A stretch of DNA of 64,000 bases from an uncultured Nitrospina sp. (GCA_964344595.1 CAYFNV010000004.1:80959-144958), one strand, 5' to 3'. Counted from the stretch's first letter, positions 18,454 to 27,062 are shown. Translations and numbers: made by a program. Notes: generated from the letters alone by a model not told the origin.

Positions 18454-20007
18454 TCATTTTCGTCTTTTGTAAACAAGAAGATGATATCTGGACCTGGGGC
18501 TATAGGTCTTAGCCTGATCACCCCAATTATAAACCGTCTCTGTATTTGAAAGGATATCAATCACTCCCGATACTTCGTATTTGTTACTCAAATAATCCTT
18601 AGCCCAGTTTTTTAACAGGGATGGAAAGTCTGGCCTTACAGGCACCCATGACAAGGGAGCATTGACAACAACAATAAACACTGGCCGGGCTTCAGTAATT
18701 TCCCGAATCAACTCATCCTGCATTTGACCGGCGTAAACATGTTTTTCCGTCAGGGGGTACATATAAAGATGTCTGGTTGCCGATTTTCTTTGCGAATAAA
18801 AATAGATTTGCGGCTCAGACCCCAAAACGGCAACTTTGTCGTCCTCTTTGGAATGGTTAGCTATGTATTTCGCTATCTCATTTGACTCCGGGAAAGGATT
18901 TAAGCCGTAGGTTGATCGAGTCACTTCGAAAACCGGCATGCTGAAGAAAGTATCCTTCTGGATCCATAAAGGGAAACCCAAGGCCAGAGTCAGGATTGCC
19001 GCAAAGATTAATGCTTTATGTTTAAAAAATACGAGCAAGCTATGAAATCCTGCACCTGCAAGAAGAGCCACAGAGGGCATCCATAATAGAAAATAATGAG
19101 GGCGGAAATAGAGTCCTGGAGTGATCGCTAAAAATGAACATAAGAAGAATCCCAAAAAAAATAAACATTCCTCTTTGGAGTCCATTTTCCAAAGCAACGA
19201 TACCAGCCCTATTAGCGACAACTCCAGAATCAGAAAATTGGATTCTAAAATAGGAGCAAAATTATATTTAAAATTTTCGAAACCCTCTCCCGGTGAAGTC
19301 AAGGAAACGTATTCCAAAGCATATTGGACTGTACTGAACCAGAAATCGGAGAAGTTTCCGGTCAACCCATAAAGTAGAGCTGACAAAGCTATTGGCACCA
19401 CACCACCAATCGCAAATATCCCAAAACTGTTAAGAGGTTTTTTGAAACTTTGAGGCTGGATGACAATCCTGAAGCCAAGATAAATCATCCCAAAGATGAA
19501 AAAAAATATAGCGTGTTGTTTTATCAGCAACGCGCCGCCTAACAAAAGCCCGCTTAAGAAAAAGCGTATTGCCTGGTCATTTGCAGTTCTTAATAATAAA
19601 ACCCCGGCCACAGCAGGGAACAGGACAAAGTGCTCTGAATTTGACCAAAAACCGTGAAGGTCAGGGCTCAAGGTTAAGATAGAAAAACTAACACCTGCGG
19701 CAATACCTGCGGATAAACCCAGTAAACCTCTTCCAAGAAAAATAATAAGGAATACTGTAGCAAGATTTACAAATAATAAGGCTAGATGAATTGCAACAGA
19801 TGTTTGTCCAAAAATTGTCAGAATACCGGCATAAACAAAAAAAATACCGGGGAATTTCATACTTAGGGATTCTGTATAAGGTAAGATACCATGAAGAATC
19901 TGCTGGGCCATGTATGCATATTCTCCTTCATCGCGCTCAAGGGGTACTCCCAAAAGCCGAAGGCGAATCAAAACAACTCCTACCAGGAAAATCCCAGCCA
20001 GCCACAA
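18454..20007 (-). CDS. GT-C fold membrane glycosyltransferase (ArnT/PMT, GT39/GT83-like), no TPR
   Basis: The 517-aa protein has more than 10 predicted TM helices. The N-terminal loop motif LERDEGEYAYMAQQILHG is typical of ArnT-like enzymes. It is first in the same-strand string 20007->13929. Confidence 0.7.
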   Translation of the reverse strand: MWLAGIFLVGVVLIRLRLLGVPLERDEGEYAYMAQQILHGILPYTESLSMKFPGIFFVYAGILTIFGQTSVAIHLALLFVNLATVFLIIFLGRGLLGLSAGIAAGVSFSILTLSPDLHGFWSNSEHFVLFPAVAGVLLLRTANDQAIRFFLSGLLLGGALLIKQHAIFFFIFGMIYLGFRIVIQPQSFKKPLNSFGIFAIGGVVPIALSALLYGLTGNFSDFWFSTVQYALEYVSLTSPGEGFENFKYNFAPILESNFLILELSLIGLVSLLWKMDSKEECLFFLGFFLCSFLAITPGLYFRPHYFLLWMPSVALLAGAGFHSLLVFFKHKALIFAAILTLALGFPLWIQKDTFFSMPVFEVTRSTYGLNPFPESNEIAKYIANHSKEDDKVAVLGSEPQIYFYSQRKSATRHLYMYPLTEKHVYAGQMQDELIREITEARPVFIVVVNAPLSWVPVRPDFPSLLKNWAKDYLSNKYEVSGVIDILSNTETVYNWGDQAKTYSPRSRYHLLVYKRRK

Positions 20008-20133
20008 CAGGTTTATATATTGACCATCCCTATAAGGTGGGGTGTCTTTTATTTTTGCGCTCCAAAAAAATTATTATTTCACCACAAAGTATGTCGAACA
20101 AATTAACAACATAATTTTATGGTTTGTTTCAAC

Positions 20134-20529
20134 TTATAAAGTCTTTCCTTGTCTTCTCTCATTTTCAAGGTTTCTTCGTATTTCTGACCTGCGGGTAGAC
20201 TGGCGTTTATCGGGATTGGTTTCCATACCGGCTTGCCTGCGTTCCTCATTTTTTCGTCTGATAATATCTCTTCTTTCCTCCTGTCGCGGATCTCCTTCTT
20301 CAGTATCCAAAAACAATATTTCTCCCAACTGTGAATAACCTTCCTTATTGGCTATAATAGCCATTTCGCAGGAGGAATCCTCATTATCGATGGATTTTGC
20401 AAGAGGGCTTGAATCATCCAAAATTTTTCGAAAATCTCTTAGCAATTGAACCAGGGCAGCCTTGAATTTACCTTCCTCGTGTAAATCTTTACCATAAGAC
20501 CAGAATTGAGTTATCAAATTTTCAGTCAT
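20134..20529 (-). CDS. Hypothetical protein with Arg/Glu-rich C-terminal tail
   Basis: The ORF runs from the first ATG (MTENLITQFW...). The tail is EERRDIIRRKNEERRQAGMETNPDKRQSTRRSEIRRNLENERRQGKTL. I recognised no family. Confidence 0.55.
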   Translation of the reverse strand: MTENLITQFWSYGKDLHEEGKFKAALVQLLRDFRKILDDSSPLAKSIDNEDSSCEMAIIANKEGYSQLGEILFLDTEEGDPRQEERRDIIRRKNEERRQAGMETNPDKRQSTRRSEIRRNLENERRQGKTL

Positions 20530-21058
20530 TTTTAAAAACCTTTCTTCTAATCCAAGGCACAAGCTATGTTAACAAGATACTTGAGAGATGCACATATTCC
20601 CACTTTTTCCTAATTTAAAAAACCTAATTTTTTTAACCAAATTAACTATTTTATCTGCCAATAAATGATACAAAATATGCCTTTTTGGTCTAGTAGAAAT
20701 ATATCGGCAAAAATAACAATTGGTTACAAAATCCGCCAATAAAAAACCATTATCCAAGTTCATCAATAAGAGCTTCAGGAGATTATATAAATCATCTAAA
20801 TGAGTTGGGTTTATACACACTTTATGATACACTTTGTGCCAAAATGGGTTGGCATTAGTTGATGGCTGTTTTTTGAACACTATCAGGATGAATCGGAATG
20901 CAAATTTTTGGGCTTTATTTCTCCAGCCGTCCAAGCAAAATCGTGGATGGTTTTTTTTGCACCGAATAAGGCCAAAATGACAACCTAAATTCAAATTTGG
21001 GAAGGTCTGATTCCAGGGTCAGAAAAAAATTCCCGTTTATTTGCAGGAGAGTATTTAG

Positions 21059-21259
21059 ATGGCTCAAGGAAAAGTAAAGTGGTTTAACGAAAGTAAAGGT
21101 TATGGTTTTATCGAGTCGGATGATGGTGAAGATTGTTTTGTTCACTTTTCAGAGATTCAAAGCGAAGGCTTCAAAACCCTCCATGAAGGACAAGCCGTGG
21201 AATTCGAAAAAACCATGGGCCAGAAAGGACCACAAGCCTCAAAGGTTATCCCCAAGTAA
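21059..21259 (+). CDS. cspA: Cold-shock protein (CSD)
   Basis: The sequence is [33 protein letters not shown], with RNP1 KGYGFI and RNP2 CFVHF. A GGAG RBS is present. Confidence 0.97.
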   Translation: MAQGKVKWFNESKGYGFIESDDGEDCFVHFSEIQSEGFKTLHEGQAVEFEKTMGQKGPQASKVIPK

Positions 21260-21280
21260 TTTTATTTAAAGTGTCTTTCC

Positions 21281-21304
21281 CCGGCAGAGTATTTACTCTG
21301 CCGG
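21281..21304 (+). terminator. Perfect 11-bp hairpin downstream of cspA
   Basis: The hairpin is CCGGCAGAGTA-TT-TACTCTGCCGG, 21 nt after the cspA stop. It has no trailing U-tract (TAATGG follows), so termination may be partial or factor dependent. Confidence 0.45.
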
Positions 21305-21360
21305 TAATGGTTCGGCCACTAAATTAATCGCGTAAAAGACATATTAGAAAGGGAAAGACT

Positions 21361-21543
21361 ATGCACGAAGTAAAAGTTTACGACAGCTCAGGAAATTTAA
21401 AGAAAGTTATTTCTGTCAAAGCCCTGAACAAAAGATCTGATAAGCAGATCCAGTCACCTTCCTTGTATAATAAGAAAGGGCGTAATGCCAAGCCAATGAG
21501 TAAAGTTGACGAAAAGGAGCTCAAGGCCGCTTTAACAAGATGA
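21361..21543 (+). CDS. Small lysine-rich protein (60 aa), candidate precursor/leader peptide for the downstream radical SAM enzyme
   Basis: The sequence is MHEVKVYDSSGNLKKVISVKALNKRSDKQIQSPSLYNKKGRNAKPMSKVDEKELKAALTR, with a purine-rich AAGGGAAAG upstream. It is the only same-strand ORF within 400 bp of the rSAM gene. I recognised no family. Confidence 0.45.
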   Translation: MHEVKVYDSSGNLKKVISVKALNKRSDKQIQSPSLYNKKGRNAKPMSKVDEKELKAALTR

Positions 21544-21741
21544 TTCTGGAACCTCATTCCTCCCTCCTAACATTCAGGTTTTTCAAAAAAACGCGCTTCA
21601 CCAATACACAATCTATCCCCCTGTTTCCCACATATCCAATCCGATCAACATTCCAACCTCTATAACATGAACAAGTATGGCTAGTTAATCCATAAAGCTT
21701 TTTATTGTGGAACGACAACTGGTTATTGATACAATAACCCC

Positions 21742-23586
21742 ATGCCTTTGAAAATAGCATTAATCAATATGCCCTTCGGGTTCCACATATACCCTTCTAT
21801 ACAGCTGGGAACCCTCTCGACTCTGCTGAAAGCTCACGGGTGCGAAGTCAAGAGCCACTATCTGAACCTTCATTTCGCTCATCAACTTAGCCTGCCTGTA
21901 TACAACCAGCTCTGCGAAAAACGATTTCTGGTTGGGGAGTGGTTATTTTCCCATCCACTTTTCGGAGAAAACACCAGGAATCAGGATTACATGAATCATT
22001 TCGCTCCACACATTGAAGATGTCTGTCAGTCAATTGAACGCCCGAAAGAATTTTTAGTCGATGTAAAAACCAAAATGGTCCCTGAATTTCTTCAGTGGTC
22101 AAGGGATGCATGCGACTGGGGCTCCTTTGATGTTGTAGGCTTTTCTTCGACTTTTAATCAGAACATAGCAAGCCTGACTCTTGCTAAATGGATTAAGGAA
22201 AAATTCCCTCATATAAAAATTCTGTTTGGCGGGTCCAACTTTGAATCAGAAATGGGTTTGGAATATTTCAGGGCTCTCCCTTGGATCGACTATGTTGTAC
22301 CTGGAGAAGCAGAAGATGTTTTACCGCAATTGGTCAAGTATCTTGAGCAAGGCAATGGCCCCGTTCCCCGAGGTGTGATTCACCGCTGTGAAGGGGAAGT
22401 GCTTTATGAAGCTCCTGAAGCCATGTTTGGTAATTTTCAAGACTACGCAGCACCTGATTATGATGATTTTTTCGATCAGTTAAGGGAAATTGACCCTCAC
22501 TCATCCTTATTGGAAAACCCGGTCATTCTGTATGAAACCGCTAGAGGTTGTTGGTGGGGAGAGAAACATCACTGTACTTTTTGTGGTTTGAATGCAAGCA
22601 CCATGAAATTCAGATCCAAGCCTATAGAACAGGTGCACACTGACCTTACGAAACTTTCAAATAAATACGACTCCTTTCGTTTCAGGCTAGTGGATAATAT
22701 TCTGGAAATGAAATACATCGATGGGGTTTTTGGCGGATTAGCCGAAAATAACTACGACCTGCATTTCTTTATTGAAGTAAAAAGCAACCTGACCAAAAAA
22801 CAAATCAAAACTCTGGCTCAAGGTGGAGCAAAAGTAATTCAACCAGGAATTGAGAGTTTTAGCACAAACCAGTTGCAAGAAATGGATAAGGGTGTCCGGC
22901 CTTTACAAAATATTCTCTGCATGAAATGGGCCATGTATTACGGCATTGAAATCAACTGGAATATTCTGATCGGTTTTCCCGGAGAGACCAATGCTGATTA
23001 CCGTCAGCAGATTGACCTGATAAAATTACTTTTTCATCTTCCTCCGCCAGAGTGTGTCGGTAGCCTTTGGCTGGAGCGGTTCAGCCCTTACTTCCAGCGA
23101 CCGGAAGAGTATGGAATCAAAATTACAGCACCTGGAGAAGCCTATCCTTTTGTTTATGATCATCCTGACATCGATCATATGAAAATTGCCTATGATTTTG
23201 AATTCGAAACCAGCACCCAGATTGACACTAAATTAAAGCAGGAGTTATTTCATACCGCGGAAGAATGGAAACAAAGGCACCAGTCAGAGGAACTGCCGTA
23301 CCTGATTTTCACAAAAGCAATGGATTTCGTAACTGTTTATGATCAAAGATCAATGGAGTCCATAAAAATAAGATTGGAAGGGCCACGAGCCTGGGTATTT
23401 ATCTGTTGTAATGAAGCACCCAAATCTATAGGGCAGATTCGTGACTATTTTCGGGAGAAAACTGGCAAGGATCCAGAGGGTGATCAGGTCGAAAATGCTA
23501 TCGCATACCTTGTGGAAAAAGGCCTTATTTATGGAGAACGTGAAAAGTACCTGAACCTGGCCCTTCCACATAATCCTAACCTTTAA
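21742..23586 (+). CDS. B12-binding-domain radical SAM enzyme, RiPP-maturation C-methyltransferase-like (rSAM_ocin_1/TIGR03975-like)
   Basis: The N-terminus KIALINMPFGFHIYPSIQLGTLSTLLKAHGCEVKSHYLNLHFA and the cluster motif YETARGCWWGEKHHCTFCGLN (C-X7-C-X2-C) match my recollection of that family. The protein is 614 aa with a long C-terminal extension. I recalled the family assignment and did not verify it by search. Confidence 0.6.
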   Translation: MPLKIALINMPFGFHIYPSIQLGTLSTLLKAHGCEVKSHYLNLHFAHQLSLPVYNQLCEKRFLVGEWLFSHPLFGENTRNQDYMNHFAPHIEDVCQSIERPKEFLVDVKTKMVPEFLQWSRDACDWGSFDVVGFSSTFNQNIASLTLAKWIKEKFPHIKILFGGSNFESEMGLEYFRALPWIDYVVPGEAEDVLPQLVKYLEQGNGPVPRGVIHRCEGEVLYEAPEAMFGNFQDYAAPDYDDFFDQLREIDPHSSLLENPVILYETARGCWWGEKHHCTFCGLNASTMKFRSKPIEQVHTDLTKLSNKYDSFRFRLVDNILEMKYIDGVFGGLAENNYDLHFFIEVKSNLTKKQIKTLAQGGAKVIQPGIESFSTNQLQEMDKGVRPLQNILCMKWAMYYGIEINWNILIGFPGETNADYRQQIDLIKLLFHLPPPECVGSLWLERFSPYFQRPEEYGIKITAPGEAYPFVYDHPDIDHMKIAYDFEFETSTQIDTKLKQELFHTAEEWKQRHQSEELPYLIFTKAMDFVTVYDQRSMESIKIRLEGPRAWVFICCNEAPKSIGQIRDYFREKTGKDPEGDQVENAIAYLVEKGLIYGEREKYLNLALPHNPNL

Positions 23587-23674
23587 GGTGTATCAGAGTC
23601 AAAATACACGCACGATAAAAATATTAGAAAAATTTGCACTTGCCTCTTATATATTCCAATGACTCAGACCAGCT

Positions 23675-24511
23675 CTAAAGGAAAACTGCCATGGCAGTGT
23701 AGTATTGGTCTTTAATCTTATCTCCAAGTTTATCGATCGGCAATTCATTAAACCCTAATTCTTCAAGAATTTCTTGTTGAACCGGATTGGCAATAGCCTC
23801 TCCACTACTACCCAGGTTCATTTCATCAACAATGCAATCTGACACATGAACAATTTTAGTGACCAGAGGATAGTCTTTCGCTTTTTGGGGACGATGGTGA
23901 AAGAAGGCAGGCTCACAGAGTGACATAGGCAAACCCCAGCCTTTCAACAACCTACCACCCACTTTAGCATGGCTGGCTCCAAAAACTTTACGTTCGACAT
24001 CAAATAAACACTCTTTATTTTCTTTACATCGCTCTAAAATTTTTTCAGCTTCCTTTGGAAACTTTTTATACACAATAAGACTTCCTATATCATGAAGCAT
24101 ACCAGCTAGATAATAGCTTTCCAGATTACGCTCACCAATCCAGTCAGCAATTATTTTCGATGTAACTCCGCAGGCAATCGAATGGCGCCAGAAAAGATCC
24201 ATGCTCACCAGGTTCTCAGGAATTCCGGAAAACTGTTTTGTCACCGATGTCGCTAAAACCAGTTGAGTCAATTGCTCTGTGCCAATAATTCCCAAAGCAT
24301 GAGTTACGGTCTCTACCTCAGATTCCAGTCCGTAAAAAGGGCTGTTAACTATTTTTAAAAGGCGCGCAGAAAGAGCTGGATCACCTCCGATGATAGAGGA
24401 AAATTCCTTAAAGGAGCTTCTCGGATCTTCTAGAGTTTTCTTAAGCTTGACGTACACATGTGGAGGCGAATTCACCCAGTCTTTAATTGCCTCTTCAACG
24501 TTTACCGGCAT
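23675..24511 (-). CDS. HDOD domain signalling protein
   Basis: The motifs are LSARLLKIVNSPFYGL, AGMLHDIGSLIVY and GGRLLKGWGLP. The protein is 278 aa. Confidence 0.85.
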   Translation of the reverse strand: MPVNVEEAIKDWVNSPPHVYVKLKKTLEDPRSSFKEFSSIIGGDPALSARLLKIVNSPFYGLESEVETVTHALGIIGTEQLTQLVLATSVTKQFSGIPENLVSMDLFWRHSIACGVTSKIIADWIGERNLESYYLAGMLHDIGSLIVYKKFPKEAEKILERCKENKECLFDVERKVFGASHAKVGGRLLKGWGLPMSLCEPAFFHHRPQKAKDYPLVTKIVHVSDCIVDEMNLGSSGEAIANPVQQEILEELGFNELPIDKLGDKIKDQYYTAMAVFL

Positions 24512-24613
24512 ACTCTGCGTCCTTTATATTTGATGAATTTTGACTTTTACACTTACAAAATACAGATTGTCAATATTTTCTTGAACTTCTAGTTAAACAC
24601 CTTGAATTACCTT

Positions 24614-25087
24614 TTAATTTGCGAACTTCCATTCTTTGACCAGGGCTGGTGAAGTTTTTGGGTCAAGATAACCCTCAACTATCAACACTCGACGCACATC
24701 ATCTCCAGTGACAACAACCTGACGACCTTTGTCCGCATCCGGATAGTTGGCTACAATCGAAACACCAGAAGGGAAAAAAGGCTGACCAGCTTTTCTCATC
24801 ATTTTCTCCTCTTCTCTACTAAACTCTCCCCCTCCCTCAATTGGTGGCCATATCGCTAAACCCATTGAGGAAAACATCCATTGAACAAACTCTTCTGGAG
24901 TGCCTTCGGGGTAGGAACGCCTGAAAGTAGTACGCTCTAACTGACGGTCCGAAGACATATACCTCACAACATTGACAGCCTGGTTCAGCTTGGGAAAATC
25001 TTTTGGACCATAATCCAAATATAATAAAGGCAAAATCAGCATAATGCCGAGTGCCGCCCACACATATAACTTATCAAAGTGCCTCAT
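24614..25087 (-). CDS. Hypothetical membrane-anchored protein
   Basis: The 157-aa protein has an N-terminal TM helix (VWAALGIMLILPLLYL). It lies upstream of the HDOD gene on the same strand. I recognised no family. Confidence 0.6.
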   Translation of the reverse strand: MRHFDKLYVWAALGIMLILPLLYLDYGPKDFPKLNQAVNVVRYMSSDRQLERTTFRRSYPEGTPEEFVQWMFSSMGLAIWPPIEGGGEFSREEEKMMRKAGQPFFPSGVSIVANYPDADKGRQVVVTGDDVRRVLIVEGYLDPKTSPALVKEWKFAN

Positions 25088-25300
25088 CAGGTTTCACACT
25101 TTCAAAGACCATATTGTCAGATCAAAACATTATTATTCCAAATATTATAATTTTAGAAAACCCCCTATTGACTCAACTGATATCCCCAAATTAAATGATA
25201 CCGACACCTGTATTTCACCATAATTTTATGATCATTGAAATGTGTTCATTCTTAGAACCTGCATGACCAAGCAAATTTTTGGACCACCGGGAAAGCTTCT

Positions 25301-25316
25301 GCAATGTTATAATTGC
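25301..25316. promoter_or_regulatory. Palindrome GCAATGTTATAATTGC, Zur/Fur-type operator candidate
   Basis: The inverted repeat GCAAT-N6-ATTGC lies 32 nt upstream of the likely COG0523 start. It contains AATGTTATAAT, which equals 11 consecutive positions of the proteobacterial Zur box GAAATGTTATAWTATAACATTTC. Confidence 0.3.
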
Positions 25317-25347
25317 TTTTGCAAATTTTAAAACTTTTTTTAATTTT

Positions 25348-26310
25348 ATGACTACTTCAGAAAAAGGACTTCCAGTAACGTTGCTGTCCGGGTTCCTAGG
25401 TTCAGGAAAAACCACACTCCTGAATCATATTTTGAAACAGGATCACGGCAAAAGGATCGCCGTGATTGAAAATGAGTTCGGAGAAATTGGGATTGATTCC
25501 GAATTCATTATCGGAGCCGATCAGGATATATTCGAAATGAGTAACGGATGTATATGTTGCTCTATTCGCGGGGATTTGGTTGAAACCCTGAATCGGCTTT
25601 TGGAAAAAAACAACAAATTTGATCATATTATAATTGAAAGCACCGGCCTTGCCAATTCCGGCCCGACCGCACAGGCATTCCTTATTGAGGATGAAATTTC
25701 CAACTCACTTTTCCTTGATGGAATTGTCACTCTGGTTGACGCAAAGCATATCTGGAATATCCTGAATGAAGAGGAGGTCGTTTGGGAACAAATCGCTTTT
25801 TCTAATGTCATCCTTTTAAACAAAGCTGATCTGGTATCAGAACTCGAAATGGAAAAACTGGAAAAGCAGGTGCGCCAGATCAACCCTACTGCAAAAATAT
25901 GTAAAACTACTCAGGCTGAGATCGATTTAAACCATATTTTAGATATCGGGGGATTTAATTTAGAAGCCGCGTTAGAAACCTCCAGCTTCAATACTAACCA
26001 TCATGAAACAGATGAATCTATTTCTTCTGTCTCCCTTTCTTTTCCAGGGTATGTAGACCCAGACCGTTTAAATTCATGGCTACAAATGTTATTAATTTAT
26101 GAAGGGATGAATGTATTTCGTTCTAAAGGAATTATAAATATTGAGGGTTCTGAAGAACGGTACTTGTTTCAAAGTGTTTACATGATGTTTGAAGGAAGAT
26201 TTGGAAAACCTTGGGATACAGATTCTCCACTTAATCAAATAGTCTTCATAGGACAGAACCTGGATGCTCTGAGACTGGAAGAGAGCCTGAAGAACAATGC
26301 TGTTTTATAA
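25348..26310 (+). CDS. COG0523 (CobW/ZigA/YeiR-type) G3E metallochaperone GTPase
   Basis: The P-loop is LLSGFLGSGKTTLLNHIL and the metal motif is GCICCS. ESTGLA and NKADL are also present, along with a CobW_C-like end. I prefer the start MTTSEKGLPVT at 25348 over the TTG at 25279 in the track, but it has no clear SD. Confidence 0.88.
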   Translation: MTTSEKGLPVTLLSGFLGSGKTTLLNHILKQDHGKRIAVIENEFGEIGIDSEFIIGADQDIFEMSNGCICCSIRGDLVETLNRLLEKNNKFDHIIIESTGLANSGPTAQAFLIEDEISNSLFLDGIVTLVDAKHIWNILNEEEVVWEQIAFSNVILLNKADLVSELEMEKLEKQVRQINPTAKICKTTQAEIDLNHILDIGGFNLEAALETSSFNTNHHETDESISSVSLSFPGYVDPDRLNSWLQMLLIYEGMNVFRSKGIINIEGSEERYLFQSVYMMFEGRFGKPWDTDSPLNQIVFIGQNLDALRLEESLKNNAVL

Positions 26311-26360
26311 CAAGCTGAGGTATAGGTAAAACTCCTGACCTTTACATTTGGAAAACACTC

Positions 26361-27062
26361 ATGGCAGAAGAAAGTCGCACAAAACCTGAAGAGTCGCAGG
26401 AAATAGAGCTCAGCGAAGCTGAGATCAAAGAGCTTGAACGTCTGGAGGCTAAGAAAAAAGCATCTCAAAAGAAAGTCCTTGATTCCAAAGACAATCTATT
26501 TGGGGCTATGCTGACTGACCTTGATCTGGAAGGGTTAGATCTGCATGATGCCAAAATGGCCAAAGCAAATCTCAACAACACAAATCTGAGTGGAGCTAAT
26601 TTAAGCAATGCAAACTTTATTGAAGCAGATTTGACAGAAGCCAATCTATCAAAAGCCGATCTGCACGATGCTTATTTTGCCGATGCTCAATTGGTTGCGG
26701 CAGATTTTTCAGAAGCCGATCTGCGTTGGGCAGATTTCAGTTGGGCTGTATTAAGTGAAGCGCGCTTTAATGAAGCAAACCTTCTGGAAGCAGATTTCAC
26801 AGAAACCACACTGGTAGCCGCCGACTTTACCATGGCAAATGTTGACGGAGCTAATTTTGACCAGGCAAACCTGATTGATGTGCGCTTAAAGGGAGTCGAC
26901 CTGTCTCAATCTCTTAATTTAACACCCGAGCAAATAGAATCTGCCGAAATCGACAGGGCCACCCAGCTTCCTCCTTATCTGGAAATAACATGGGATAACG
27001 AGGGCTTTACAGTGCAAAAAGCTATCCAGAAGAAATCCAAGCGGAAAAAAGCAAAAAAATAA
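26361..27062 (+). CDS. Pentapeptide-repeat protein with acidic N-terminus and Lys-rich C-terminus
   Basis: It has a long run of A(D/N)LXX pentapeptides (ANLNNTNLSGANLSNANFIEADLTEANLSKADLHDAYFADAQL...). Confidence 0.9.
   Translation: MAEESRTKPEESQEIELSEAEIKELERLEAKKKASQKKVLDSKDNLFGAMLTDLDLEGLDLHDAKMAKANLNNTNLSGANLSNANFIEADLTEANLSKADLHDAYFADAQLVAADFSEADLRWADFSWAVLSEARFNEANLLEADFTETTLVAADFTMANVDGANFDQANLIDVRLKGVDLSQSLNLTPEQIESAEIDRATQLPPYLEITWDNEGFTVQKAIQKKSKRKKAKK

Noticed and set aside
20569-20994. 141-aa ORF in the ORF track between the hypothetical gene and cspA
   Set aside because: It lies in very AT-rich DNA and has an odd, Cys/Phe/Asn-rich, low-information sequence with no RBS I could see. 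It occupies what should be the promoters of two divergent genes and the long cspA 5' UTR. It is most likely spurious.
20134-20994. Same-frame arrangement of the 141-aa and 142-aa ORFs separated by one TAA (possible pseudogene or stop-codon read-through)
   Set aside because: The upstream ORF looks non-coding. The apparent continuity is expected by chance one time in three, and it arises because the track extends ORFs back to the preceding in-frame stop.
23659-23715. 18-aa ORF (MTQTSSKGKLPWQCSIGL) just downstream of the radical SAM gene as an alternative precursor peptide
   Set aside because: It has no RBS (TATATATTCCA-ATG). It also overlaps the 3' end of the convergent HDOD gene, so it is probably fortuitous. 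It is worth a glance only if the upstream 60-aa ORF is disproved.
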